From Phyllobates terribilis (Eukaryota), in assembly GCF_046119375.1 (NCBI RefSeq), contig NW_027362773.1, positions 4,402,001 through 4,466,000 on the forward strand: DNA of 64,000 bases, written 5' to 3'. The position numbers and the translations under genes are program-made. Under the pieces are notes generated by a model, which was given only the letters and a program-made list of their open reading frames with translations, ran no database searches and was not told the DNA's origin. Below, piece by piece: positions 33,807 to 45,555 of the stretch; the first letter of the stretch is position 1, and each line of letters starts with the position of its first letter.

Positions 33807-35017
33807 TGTAGCACCCTGAGGACTCGGCTGCTACAGGGGTATTACACCTCAACCCAGAGGTGTGGTATTCCACTCCCGGGTAAGGATGGAGTGTGGGACT
33901 GAGCTCAGAAAGCTGCATGCACTACATACATCCCATTTCCGGGGGACAGAACTACGGTACTCCCACCAGATATATGTGCAGGTACGACAGCGTCTGTCCC
34001 TGGCTGGAGTGGGAGGGGGGTGGAACATCCCAGTAGTGTAGGGGCAGATAGGGGGAGTAGTCTGGGTAAAGCTAGGAGCTCATTGGGTGCTGGTCACCTG
34101 AGCTCACACATAGAGGGAGTATATATGGTGGGCACCATCTTAGAACAGGGTAGTCAGTCTGGAGTAGTCAGTGCAGAGCAGAGGAGCTCAGCCAGGAGGG
34201 CTGACAGGAGCTGTGGCTCCGGCTGGGCCCAGCTCCAGGGCCAGCCCTGCAGAGGGAGAGAGGAGAAAGGAAGGCCCAGAGAGGAAAAGAAGAGGGAACC
34301 CCAAGATCCCAGAATAAAGACAGAAGGGTGAAGGGTTGGCGGACAAGGGTACCGGATCCCAAGCTGGCAGAGGCCAAAGCAAACCTTAGCCAGGAACCGG
34401 AGGTCGTGGTCAAGATTTGCCACGACCCTCACCAAATCCACCAGAATGGCACACCGAGCATAGGGTCAGGGAAGCCAGAGAAGGTTCAACCAACAAGAGA
34501 CCCGAGGGAGCCGGACACAGGTGGATCCCTGGTGGGGACGGCCAGAGAGAGAGGGTCAGAAGGGAGCTCAGGACCACGCTCCGGAACTGCCTGGGGGTTG
34601 GCTGAGTCCAGGACCTGGTGGACGCAGCACGGCTCGGGTGGTCACTCAAGGCCAGAGTGACCAAAAGAACATCAGTAAGTAAAAACCCTGAACTGCACCT
34701 CCCGTCTCTGAGTCTGCTTACTACATCATCACTACCTCCATCATCCACATCTGCTGCCCTGAGGCCATACCCCTCCCGTTGGGGGTTATACCATCATCGC
34801 TGCACCCATATCACCGGCCTCAGCGGACTGTTCTGCAGCGGCGGCTTCAAAGCCGCACTCAACGGGTGGCGTAGTCGATCAAGTTAACATCTACTGCCAT
34901 AGACTGCCACTTAGTTTGACACCCTGGGCACGGACCGGGTCACCGCCACAAGGACTACTACCCCCATCCAGATCCGGCTCCGGGTATCCCCTGAAACATG
35001 GCCCAGGGGGCGCGTCA
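33807..35017 (+). repeat. 3' LTR (1211 bp)
   Basis: Same length as the 5' LTR; 5 substitutions found by eye. Confidence 0.95.
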
Positions 35018-35076
35018 TAAGCATTTATTAACAAATTACATATAGCGCAAAGCATATAGCATATATCTCACTCACA

Positions 35077-35179
35077 TATTTCTATCTATTTATCTATCTA
35101 TCTAGCTATCTAGCTATCTATCTATCTATCTATCTATCCATCTGTATATCAATCTATGAATCTATCCAACCATCCAAAC

Positions 35180-35213
<34 letters not shown>

Positions 35214-35290
35214 TTATCCATATATGGATCAATAAATATATATATAGATTAGATAGATATACAGATAAATAGATAGATCTTGATATATGG
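35077..35290. repeat. (ATCT)n/(AGAT)n microsatellite
   Basis: Runs of ctat/atct followed by an inverted gata tract. Confidence 0.9.
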
Positions 35291-36375
35291 ATAGAGATAT
35301 CCATCTTTCCCGCCCACAATTCCCAAGAGTAAGCAGCACTGAACATGGGCTCCTGTGATTTTAGCAACTTATTAGTGATGAGCGAGCACTAAAATGCTCG
35401 GGTACTCATTGTTCGAGTCGAGCAAATTGGAATGCTCGATTGTTCTGTCCGAGTAACAAGCCCAATTTAAGTCTATGGGAAACTCGAGCATTTTTCTGGT
35501 GGATCCCCCCGGCGGTCTGCAGAGTGCCTAAAAATTGCCAAAATCGATGGAAACAGTGCTCAAATGACATGGGAGCAGCATAGGGAAGACCCCTGGAAGC
35601 ATTTCTGACTCCCAGGTCACTGCTGTCAACAACGTCAGAGGTACTACGCCACTTTTACGGACTCACAATAAAACATACAAAAAAGAAACCTAAATGGATT
35701 TTCCTGGGAAATATGTTAAGGAACATCCTTTCCAGGATTATGACTTGTATATAAGACAAAATAAATAACCAAAAATGCTCCTCCACATCTTGGGCTATGT
35801 TCACACGTACCGTTTTTGAGGCATTTTTGCATTGCTTTCAACCAAGACAATTGCATTCAACGGGAAATGTCATTTTAACATTTTACAACCTTATCTGGTC
35901 ATGTGGTGTGTGACATGGGAACAGCATGGGGAAGACCCCTGGGGCTGGAAGCATCTCTTACTCCCAGGGCACTGCCTAAAACTGTGGTCATCTCATCAGA
36001 TGTGATCCTATATTACTGAGGTAAGAATACAGACATTTTTGGCAACATGACAAATCTTAAACTCCATTTAAAATGGGCAAGGTGTGTGTCAAGGGACGGG
36101 GAAGTGGACGTTATGGTGATGGTGATAGTGCACGCAGAGGCCTTGGTCAAGATGAAACTGTGCCTGCTGAGGGAGCACAACAAACACCCATGTCATGTTG
36201 AACTACTTTCCTGTCCCAATTACCTAGGGGGCTGCGGAACACCACTATTGAAGCCAGAGCAGTGTGAAAAGGTTGTTGGTTGGATAGCAGATAATGCTTC
36301 CAGTCACTTTGCCACCACCACCACCACCCTGTGTTCCACATGGTCCAGTCTCAGTAGATGTGAGTCTGAATCACA

Positions 36376-37140
36376 TTTTTATTATTACTTTATCGCCATT
36401 TATTCCATGGCACTTTACATGTGAAAAAGGGGTATACGTTGCAAGAACAATTACAATAATATTTAACAAAAATGTGACAGTGACTGTTACAGGAGAGGAG
36501 AGGACCCTGCCCGCGAGGGCTCAGTCTACAAGGCATGGGTAAGGATACAGTAGGTGAGGATAGAGCTGGTCTTGCAGCAGTATGGTGGAGTGAGGGTTAC
36601 TGCAGGTTGTACGCATGTCGCAAGAGGTGGGTCTTCAGCTTCCTTTTAAACGTTTCAACAGTAGGCGAGGGTCAGCTATGGTGGGGTAGAGAGTTCCAGA
36701 GAAGGGGGGATGCACGGGAGAAATCTTGTATGCGATTGTGGGAAAAGAAGATAAGAGCGATTGTGGGAAGAGGAGATAAGAGGGGAGTAGAGAAGGAGAT
36801 CTTGTGAGGATCAGAGGTTGCATGCAGGGTAGTACCAGGAGACTAGGTCACAGATGTATGGAGGAGACAGGTTGTGGATAGCTTTGCATTCCAAAGTTAG
36901 GGTTTTGAACTGGAGTCTCTGGGTAATGGGGAGCCAGTGAAGGGATTGACAGAGAGGAGAGGCAAGGGAATAGCGAGGGGACAGGTGGATTAGTTGGGGC
37001 AACAGAGTTTAGGATAGATTGGAGGAATGCGAGCGTGTTAGAAGTGAGGCCACAGAGCAGGAAGTTGCAGTCATCGAGAAGGGAGATGATGAGCGCGTGC
37101 ACTAGTGTTTTCGTAGATTTGTGGTTGAGGAATGTGCGGA
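36376..37140 (-). mobile_element. L2 LINE 3' fragment
   Basis: LHWLPITQRLQFKTL and KAIHNLSPPYICDLV (ORFs 36811-37102) plus an L2-type 3' end with TAA repeats. Confidence 0.75.
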
Positions 37141-38876
37141 TCCAGGAATTTTTTTTTACTTGGAGTCGGCCTCTTCCTCACCCTGATCCTCCTTTCTCCC
37201 ACCATTTAAAGTGCCCTGAGACAGCTGATCCCACACTTGGACACTCCAAAGAGCTGTTTTGTAATCTTTCCATTTATAGATTCTGGCCTCTCACTCAGTC
37301 CACTTGGAAGTGGAAAGAGCTTGGATATGTGGTTTGAAGGAGAGATTAGAGTCCAGGGTTACCCCAAGAGCTGTTCACTTTTCTATCAATAAATTTGGGC
37401 CTCTCAACCCACCAGCTTCAAACAGGGCAACAGAAAATCACATGTAGTGATTTGAGGAGTCATGGTTACCCGAAGGTGATGGTGGGAAAGTGCAAATACT
37501 GTCGCAAGAGGTGGATAATGATGACACACAATGGACAGAAAGTCAGGATGAGGACCAGGGTATGGAAGTGGAAAAAGAAGCGGTGGACGATGAGGTCACT
37601 AACCCAATCTGGCTAGGGCAAATGTAGAGCGAGGACAGCAGCACACAGGGGGAGGGAGGTGTAGCACCACAACAGGCAGGAACAAGCAGTTTGGTGACCA
37701 CAGACACAAGGCGGGCAAGAGCTCCCTGGAACACCAACACGACAGAAGTTGCCAGTACAACTGTTGCATGTTCCCGAGTCTGGTTCTTTTTCAAAGACTG
37801 TTTAGATAACCCCAAAAAGGCCATTTGCAACATCTGCCAGGCCAGCATCAGCAAGAGCACCAAAACTACCAGCCTGACCAACACCAGCATGCTCAGGCAC
37901 ATGACAGCAAAGCACCTGACAAGCTGGGCCAAACACCAAGGTCCAGAAGCAGTGTCTGTGGGTGACATCACTGCCTCTATCACTGTTGTGCATGCATGCT
38001 AATCCCCTGTCCATGGCGCATATGAAGATGCCTCCCGCCCTGCACCTGTCATTGCAGACTTGCAACCATCACCGTCCACATCCTTGTCCCTTTGCAGCAT
38101 TCAGTTATCCCTACCACAGTTCTTGGAATGCAAGCGCAAGTATGCAGCCAGCCACCCACCCACAGGCCGCAATACAAAACGGCCACATTTCTGGACTGCT
38201 TGCACTTGAAAGACGGATTTTGGTAAGACCTTACCTGTAAAATCCTTTTCAGCGAAGGAAGGAAGGGAGACACAGATCCATTACTAGTGGGTAGGCGGAG
38301 CCCCACAGGATAGTTCACCTCAGATTTATAAAAAGTGATGACCGACCCCTCCAGCTTAGGCTCCTCCTACTCCCATGTTCCTCAGTTCATACATAAGCTA
38401 AGGAAGAGCAGATAACACCAGCGGAACAACACAACCCCTTCTGAAAAATCAAAAATGCGAGAGAACAGGTTATGCATATAACAGAAAGAACACACAGTCC
38501 CAGGCACTGCTCACTGGACCTGACAACTGCGATGAGCTGGCAATGCTGGAACAGAGCCCTAGCGCGCCGACCCCAGTCCCGATGACTGCCATCAGAGAGG
38601 AGTCGCGCCGCATCTGTAAAAACAATAATGCACTTCTGCCCTGGGAGGGTGCTGTGTCTCCCTTCCTTCCTTCGCTGAAAAGGATTTTACAGGTAAGGTC
38701 TTACCAAAATCCGTCTTTCAGCAGCAGAAGGGAAGGAAGGGAGACAAAGATCCATTACTAGTGGGACGTCCCAAAGCAGTCCAGAACTCAAGGGTGGGAA
38801 ACATTGGCAGAATCGCCAATACCCCAACAACTTAGTCAAGCGCGCAACAAGCGCCGAAACTAGATAAAGAGATAAC

Positions 38877-40157
38877 CTAAACCACCGCCGCCTGCAGGAC
38901 CCTGCGTCCCAAGGCCGCATCGGCGGAAGCACTCACGTCCACTTTATAAAATTTAGTAAAAGTGTGAACGGAGCGCCAGGTAGCCGCCCGGCAGAGCTGC
39001 GCTGCTGAGACCCCCTGATGAAAAGCCCACGACGAACCAACAGCTCTAGTGGAATGAGCTCGAACCTTAACCGGACAAGGCTCGCCCCTGAGCCGGTACG
39101 CTTCCAGGATAGCCGAACGTATCCACCGAGCTATAGTGTCCTTGGAGGCCCGCTGACCACGCCGACGACCAGCAGGAATAACTAAAAGAGAGTCCGACTT
39201 CCGAAACCCTTGCGTGATTGACAGATAGAACTTCAAAGCCCGCACCAAATCCAACGAGTGCAAGGCTCGCTCCTTTGGACTTTTCGGATTCGGACAGAGG
39301 GAGGGCAACATGATGTCCTGATTGACGTGGAAACGCGACACCACTTTAGGCAAAAAATCGCCACGGGTACGAAGCACCACTCGATCCGGGTGGAACTCCA
39401 GAAAAGGGGGCGAGCAAGACAGTCCGGCCAACTCAGAAACCCTTCTCAAGGAGGTGACCGCCACCAGGAAGGCCACCTTCCAAGAAAGTAAGTAAAGCGT
39501 AGTTGAATCCATAGGCTCAAACGGTCCATGATGAAGAGCCTCCAAGACTAGATTGAGCCGCCAAAGAGCCACAAACGCCCTCCAAGGCGGAAACTGACAT
39601 GCAACCCCGCGAAAAAATGAGCGCACATCCCTGCGCGAGGCAATAGCCTTCCGAAAAAGCACAGATAGTGCAGATACCTGACCCCGCAAGGTACCAACTG
39701 CCAGACCCTTGGACAAATCACATTGCAGAAAAGCCAAGAAGTTGGGAATGGAAAAAACCCTCGGGTTCCTTGACGATCCAGAACACGATGAATAGAAGGC
39801 CTCCCAAGTTCTGTGATAAATCCTGGTCGTAGCTGGACCTCTGGCCGCCCGTAAGGTGGCAATGACCTCGGCCAAAAACCCACGACGGGTCAAGATCTCG
39901 GTCTCAACTGCCATGCCGTCAAACGAAGCGACTTCAGGTCCGGATGACGAATGGGCCCTTGGGATAACAGGTCTGGGCGAAGAGGCAGTGGAAACGGAGG
40001 CGCCGCCAGAAGAGACACCAGCGTTGAATACCACGCCCTCCGCGGACAATCCGGCGCCACCAAAATTGCCGGAATCCGTTCGAGTTTGATCCGCCGGATG
40101 ACCAGAGGAAGCAAGGATACCGGCGGAAACAAGTAGATCAGCTCGAACTGGTCCCAC
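38877..40157 (-). CDS. DIRS tyrosine recombinase, 426 aa, apparently intact
   Basis: Catalytic motifs present: SLRRVSEL (R), AHSTR (HxxR), AATW (W), TFTKFY (Y). Confidence 0.88.
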   Translation of the reverse strand: MGPVRADLLVSAGILASSGHPADQTRTDSGNFGGAGLSAEGVVFNAGVSSGGASVSTASSPRPVIPRAHSSSGPEVASFDGMAVETEILTRRGFLAEVIATLRAARGPATTRIYHRTWEAFYSSCSGSSRNPRVFSIPNFLAFLQCDLSKGLAVGTLRGQVSALSVLFRKAIASRRDVRSFFRGVACQFPPWRAFVALWRLNLVLEALHHGPFEPMDSTTLYLLSWKVAFLVAVTSLRRVSELAGLSCSPPFLEFHPDRVVLRTRGDFLPKVVSRFHVNQDIMLPSLCPNPKSPKERALHSLDLVRALKFYLSITQGFRKSDSLLVIPAGRRRGQRASKDTIARWIRSAILEAYRLRGEPCPVKVRAHSTRAVGSSWAFHQGVSAAQLCRAATWRSVHTFTKFYKVDVSASADAALGRRVLQAAVV

Positions 40158-42044
40158 GGAGCCACCAGAGCATCTACCGCCACAGCCTCCGGGTCCCTGT
40201 ACCTGGACATAAACATCGGAATCCTGGCGTTCAGCCTGGATGCCATCAAATCCACCTGGGAGTCCCCCAAAGGGAGCACAGCAGTGTAAAAACTTCCGGA
40301 TGAAGACTCCATTCTCCGAGATCCACCTGCTCGCGACTGAGGAAGTCCGCCGTGATATTCATCACTCCTGGGATGTGAATCTCGGAGATGGCTGGGACCC
40401 TGGACTCGGCCCATACCAGGATCCGAGAGACCTCCATCATGAGTCTGAAACTCCTCGTCCCGCCCTGATGGTTGATATATGCGACCACTGTCGCATTGTC
40501 TGTTTGAATCCGGACCGGCAGACCGCTCAAGGGGATCGTCCTATGTCGGAGGCAGAGAAAAATCGCCCTCAACTCCAGGATGTTGATCGGCAGAGACGAC
40601 TCCTCTGACGACCAGACCCCCTGAACCCAGAGATCGTTCCAACCCCCCCCCCCAGCCAGTCAGGCTGGCATCGGTGGTAATGACCGACCACCGTGGGAGG
40701 AGGAAGGATTTCCCCAGGGATAAAGCCTTAGGACGTAACCACCATCCAAGAGACTCTCGCACCCTGCGGGAGATACCGACACAGCGATCTAGCGAAGCTG
40801 GCGATCGGTCCCAACGGGTCAGAATAAGATTTTGGAGACCCCGGGAATGAAATTGTGCAAAAGGTACCGCTTCCATTGCCGCCACCATCAGACCCAGAAG
40901 GCGCATACACTTCCGAAGGGGCATTGCCATCGCCGAACTCATAACCTGTACATGGTGTCGAAGGTTCGCTTGTTTGTCCGGAGGCAGGGACACCACCGCT
41001 TGGAACGTGTCGAAATGCATCCCCAAGAACAGGATTGACTGCGACGGCTCCAAAGACAACTTCTTCCAATTGACCAGCCACCCGAAAGTCCTCCAGGTGC
41101 TGAAGGGAGAGATCGCGAGCCGTTACCGCCTCCTCCGCTGTGGATGACACAATCAACAGGTCGTCCAGGTAGGAGAGAATCGTAACTCCTTGCTTTCGAA
41201 GGAGCGCCATGAGCGGCGCCAGAATCTTTGTAAAAACCCTGGGCGCCGAGGCCAACCCGAATGGTAGGGCCACAAACTGGTAATGGGCCTGACCTATGGC
41301 GAACCGCAGGAAGAGCTGGTGAGCCCTGCCGATAGGGACATGTAAATAGGCGTCGCGGATGTCGATCGACACCAAAAAATCGTGCTGCGACAGGACCGCC
41401 ACGACGGAGCGAAGAGACTCCATACGGAATTTCCGGGTCCGGACATGCAAATTCAAATCTTTGAGGTCCAGAATAGGGCGAAACTTGTCCTCCTTTTTGG
41501 GAACCACAAAAAGGTTGGAGTAAAACCCCCTTCCCTGGTCCTCCAGCGGAACCGGAATCACCACACCCTGCTGCAGAAGAGAGTCTACCTCCTGCAGCAG
41601 AGCGGCAGCTAGCTTGGGCTCGGACGGCATGCGCGACTGACGAAACCTGTCCGGGGGTCGAGAATGAAACTCTATGAAATAACCTTCCGACATAACCCGC
41701 GTCACCCAGGCGTCCGATACGTGTGATGCCCAAATAGACCCGAATTGTAGAAGACGACCTCCCACCCGAGAGCCCTCGAGAGGGTTCCTGGCGTCAGTCT
41801 GCCTTAGCTGGCTTTTTGTCAACCTCCCGCTTGTCCTGACGGAAATGTTGTTTCCAGGGAGTATGGGATTTCTGGGAGGACTTCTTTCCGGAAGGCGAGG
41901 GACGATCCGATCTCCAAGAAGGCTGACCGAACCGACCCCGGGGCCGAAAGGACCGACGACCACTACCGGTACTTGACCTGCCGGATGTAGTAACCGCTGC
42001 CTTTCGCTGCGGCAAGGCCATATCTTTGGCCTTGGCTTTAGCAA
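39890..42044 (-). pseudogene. DIRS pol (RT, RNase H, methyltransferase-like), at least three frameshifts
   Basis: YSNLFVVPKK, IDIRDAYLH, LPFGLASAPRVF, YLDDLLI; TTDASLTGWG; VDLMASRLN..YLFPP. Frame breaks near 41085, the C11 run at ~40643-40653, and ~40255. Confidence 0.9.
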
Positions 42045-43195
42045 TCAGCTCCGTGAGGTCCGAACCAAACAGCTGACCTCCCTTGTACACCAGACTCAGC
42101 AAACCCTGTTTGGCTACTGCGTCACCGGTCCACTGTTTAAGCCACAGTGCTCTCCTGACAGAGACGGTCGAGGATTGAGCCCTGGACATCACCGCAATAG
42201 TATCCAGCACTGCGTCCCTGCCATATCGGGCCGCTTCTTCCAAGAGCTGGAAGAGCCTTTCCACTTCAGACAGTGGAGTTCCATCTTGCCATGCCGTCCG
42301 CAGCTGATCCAACCATCGCAGTGAAGCCTCACCAGCCCACATGGCCCCCAAGGCCGCTCGGAATCCGTGACCCGCGGCCTCGTAGATGGACTTTGCCGCT
42401 AACTCCGTCCTTCTGTCCAGCGGGTCCTGGAGACTGGCCTTCCCTTTAACAGGAAGCAAAGAGGATTTGCTCAGCTGAGACAATGGCACATCCACTTCAG
42501 GAGAGGGGACCCAATTAGTGATCGTTTCCGTGGAACAGGGATAGAGGGCATCAAACAACCACGCCCCTTGGAAACGTTTATCCGGACACAGGCGTTCTTT
42601 TTCCACCGCCTTGTTAAGTTCCTCGTGCATCGGCAGCGTCGAGCGAGCCCGACGCGACTCCTGATACAGCCGGGCCGATCTGCCAGGGCGCTCCGTCACC
42701 TCTTCAGACAGTTGTAACGCTTTCCGAAAGCGAAGCAGAGCGACCCCGCCGATTCTCTTCATCAGAATCGGAGATCTCACCAGAAGAGTCTGTCGGCGAT
42801 TCTGAAGCCTCCGACGCACTGCGCGGAGGAGACGGCGCCGCCACAAGCCTGTGACGCTTCTTGCTTCTAGACGTCGGTTGAGACTTAGCAGAGACCCAAT
42901 GACCCAGGAGGTCAGACAGACTGTCAATGGAGCGAGAGAGCGCCTCCACCTTAACATCACTGAGACCCCCAACTAGCGTCGAACCTGACGCCGTTGAAGA
43001 CCCCGGCGTATCAGATACGCGTGACCGATCCTGAAGCGGACCGGGAGAGAGGTCCGCGCCCCCTGGTCCCTGATCCGACATGCCCCCACACAGTTGCGAG
43101 CGTCGCGGATAAGGCGGTAATAACCTTACAATGGGTGCAGTAACCAAGGATGTGTGAATTCCACTATCACAGCCTGTTCTTGCACAAAAAATCAC
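41794..43195 (-). pseudogene. DIRS gag-like ORF1 (LAP2alpha-like C-terminal region), frameshifted
   Basis: RRALWLKQWTGD..YKGGQLFGSDL in 41794-42972; Ser-rich linker and broken CxxC motifs in 42704-43195. Confidence 0.7.
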
Positions 43196-45426
43196 GTGGC
43201 ACTGAAGGGTTAAAGCTCCTCCTAGAAGGAGAAAAGCTACCCCAGCGGCCTGCGGAGTAAAAGTTAACCTGACACACTAGAGAGAAGCACCCTCTGATCC
43301 CAGAAGGGTGCACCTCCAGAGAGGGTTAACAGCCTGATGGGCCAGACCCCGTTCAGAAGGGGTTAACGCTACTGATCCACACTACCCTTTTTGTGAGGTG
43401 TGTGTCAGAGCCATCTCAGCATGGGAAGAAGCAGCGCCGTATAAAGCACACCCTGTCAGCTAGAACATAAGGAAAGTGCTCTGCGCTGTAGAAGGAACTT
43501 TCTGCCTAAAAGGCAGGAGAGACTCACCAGCTGGCGTAGAAACTGCTCTTCTCGGTGTGATGAGAGCAGGGAGTAGGAGCCGCAGCACGAGGATGGACGC
43601 TGGCCGGAAGAAGAAGGGGCTGGGGCATCTCCAGCGCGCGCTTTCCCGGCACTTCCTGTCACAAACTGGCAGCAGAGAGACGCTAAGCCACGCCCCCCGC
43701 CGAAAATGAACAGAGCGCGCAAATCCTCCGTCCCCGCTCCCCTGCCCGCTGAGGATCAAGCGCTGCATGCAGAGGAGAAATCCCTCCAAGCAGAAAAAAA
43801 CAGCAGTCACCACAAAAACACATATACAGTGACAGCGGCTGCCGCAGCAGCCGCTGAAAGCACTCCATAAGAGCACTTACCCAGCTGAGTGCCACAGGGA
43901 CCCCCAGGGATGTGTGGCGCCGTGGCCCTTGCTCCCCCCCACGGCGGAGCGCGCAGGGACCCCACAAGAGCGGTGTGCGTCTCCGCCAGGGAGCGCCCTG
44001 TATCCCCCGGGGCCAGCAGAGTTCTGCGGGGACCTCCTTAGGGGGTACGCAGATCCGCCAGGGGAGGGTCAGGGGTCCCAGCAGCGCTGAGACCCCCTGA
44101 GACCTCTAGACCACGGGGGGTCCAGGTCTCCGGATAAAAATAATAAAATCTTCTGAGGAGCTGCAAAGGCAGCGACTATCCTCTGCGACCTCAAATTTAA
44201 AACTGAGGAACATGGGAGTAGGAGGAGCCTAAGCTGGAGGGGTCGGTCGTCACTTTTTATAAATCTGAGGTGAACTATCCTGTGGGGCTCCGCCTACCCA
44301 CTAGTAATGGATCTGTGTCTCCCTTCCTTCCCTTCTGCTGCTGAAATGTTGCCTTTTAGGCTCATGGAGGCGGAAACTTTCCACAACCTCATGGTGGCGG
44401 CGGCCAGGTGTCCATACTCGGTCCGCAGTCGCCACTATTTCTCCCAGTATCGTCTCCGCCTTCCACAAGTGCGAGTCCCAGAAAATTACCACTGCCCTTT
44501 CCAGGGCACTTAAGTGGGAAGGACAGCCTAACCACAAACACGTGGACAAGTGAATGGGGCCAGGGACGGTACATCTCACTGACGCATGTCACAGGGTTAA
44601 TATTGTGCTCGGTTTCCTAGACAACGACCAAATTATGCATGATGGTTTGATCATCCATCTCCCTAGCTTTGTGCTACTTGGAAAGCAAGCGCAAGTATGC
44701 AGCCAACCACCCACCCACAGGCTGCAATACTAATCTGCCACATTTCTGGACTGCTTTCTTGCAATTGAAATGTTGCCTTTTAGGCTCTTGTAGGCGGAAA
44801 CTTTTCACAACCTCATGCCGGGGGCGGCTGGGTGCCCATACTCGGTTCCCAGACGCCACTATTTCTCCCGGTACCGACTTCGCCTTCCACAAGCCTGGGT
44901 CCCAGAAAATGACCCCTGCCCTCCCCAGTGCACTTACTGGGAAGGACCGCCTAACCACAAACACGTGGACAGGTGAATGTGGCCAGGGATGGTACGGAGC
45001 CAGTCCACAGTAAAGAAAAAAAAAAACAGCCATAAAGTGTCCGCGAACCTTCCCACACTCTTTTCTTAGCCAGGGCTGCTTCTCGGCAGGATTGGACGGG
45101 CCCACCGGTGGGCCTTGGCTTCTCCATCAGGAGAGTTCATAGTGCCGAGGTGAGGTAGTGATTATTATAGGGGCCACCATCTCCTTACTTTTCAGCTGGT
45201 ACTTTTCTGTGGGAATCAGCTTAGCTCCAACCAGCTTGGAATATTTCCAGTGGTTTGGTACCCAGTACCAGAAGCGAAACCATCCACAATTTCCTTCTCA
45301 GGAATTTTATTTGGCAGATTGAATGGCTGCCCAAATACATTAGTTTCTCACAAAGGAGCTGAAGATACTGAGTGGCAGTAGGTGCAAGTTTGTCCAGCGT
45401 AATAGTTATCAGAGGGAGAGCAGAGA

Positions 45427-45555
45427 GGGCTGCACAGTGGCTCAGTGATTAGCACTGAAGCCTTGCAGGGCTTGGGTCCAGGGTTCAAATCCCACCAAGG
45501 ACAACATCTGCAAAGATTTTGTATGTTCTCTCCGTGTATGCGTGGGTTTCCCCCT
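45427..45555 (+). mobile_element. tRNA-derived V-SINE-like 5' fragment
   Basis: GGGCTGCACAGTGGCTCAGTG (A-box), GGTTCAAATCC (B-box), then GTATGTTCTCTCCGTGTATGCGTGGGTTTCC, resembling the V-domain. Confidence 0.7.

Larger units (their letters stand above)
30155..35017 (+). mobile_element. Complete non-autonomous LTR retroelement carrying one cold-shock-domain ORF
   Basis: Direct repeats 30155-31365 and 33807-35017 (TG..CA), 4 bp TSD TAAG (30151-54, 35018-21), PBS, PPT, single long internal ORF, no RT/IN/PR motifs. Confidence 0.95.
38209..44346 (-). mobile_element. Full-length DIRS1-type tyrosine-recombinase retrotransposon (DIRS copy 1)
   Basis: Inverted terminal repeats ~38256-38387 / 44201-44331 (one mismatch seen); internal complementary region 38651-38765 joining both ends at TTT (38716-18); AAA at both junctions; gag, RT/RH, MTase-like and YR ORFs. 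Confidence 0.95.

Noticed and set aside
30368-34887. Pairs of near-identical short ORFs (e.g. 30368/34020, 30676/34328, 30758/34410)
   Set aside because: They are the same sequence in the two LTRs, with no recognisable domains; not duplicated genes.
38877-40414. Phage/bacterial integrase plus DNA methyltransferase suggesting contamination or horizontal transfer
   Set aside because: YR and the MTase-like domain are standard parts of DIRS1 elements, and here they sit within ITR/ICR-bounded gag-RT-RH structure.
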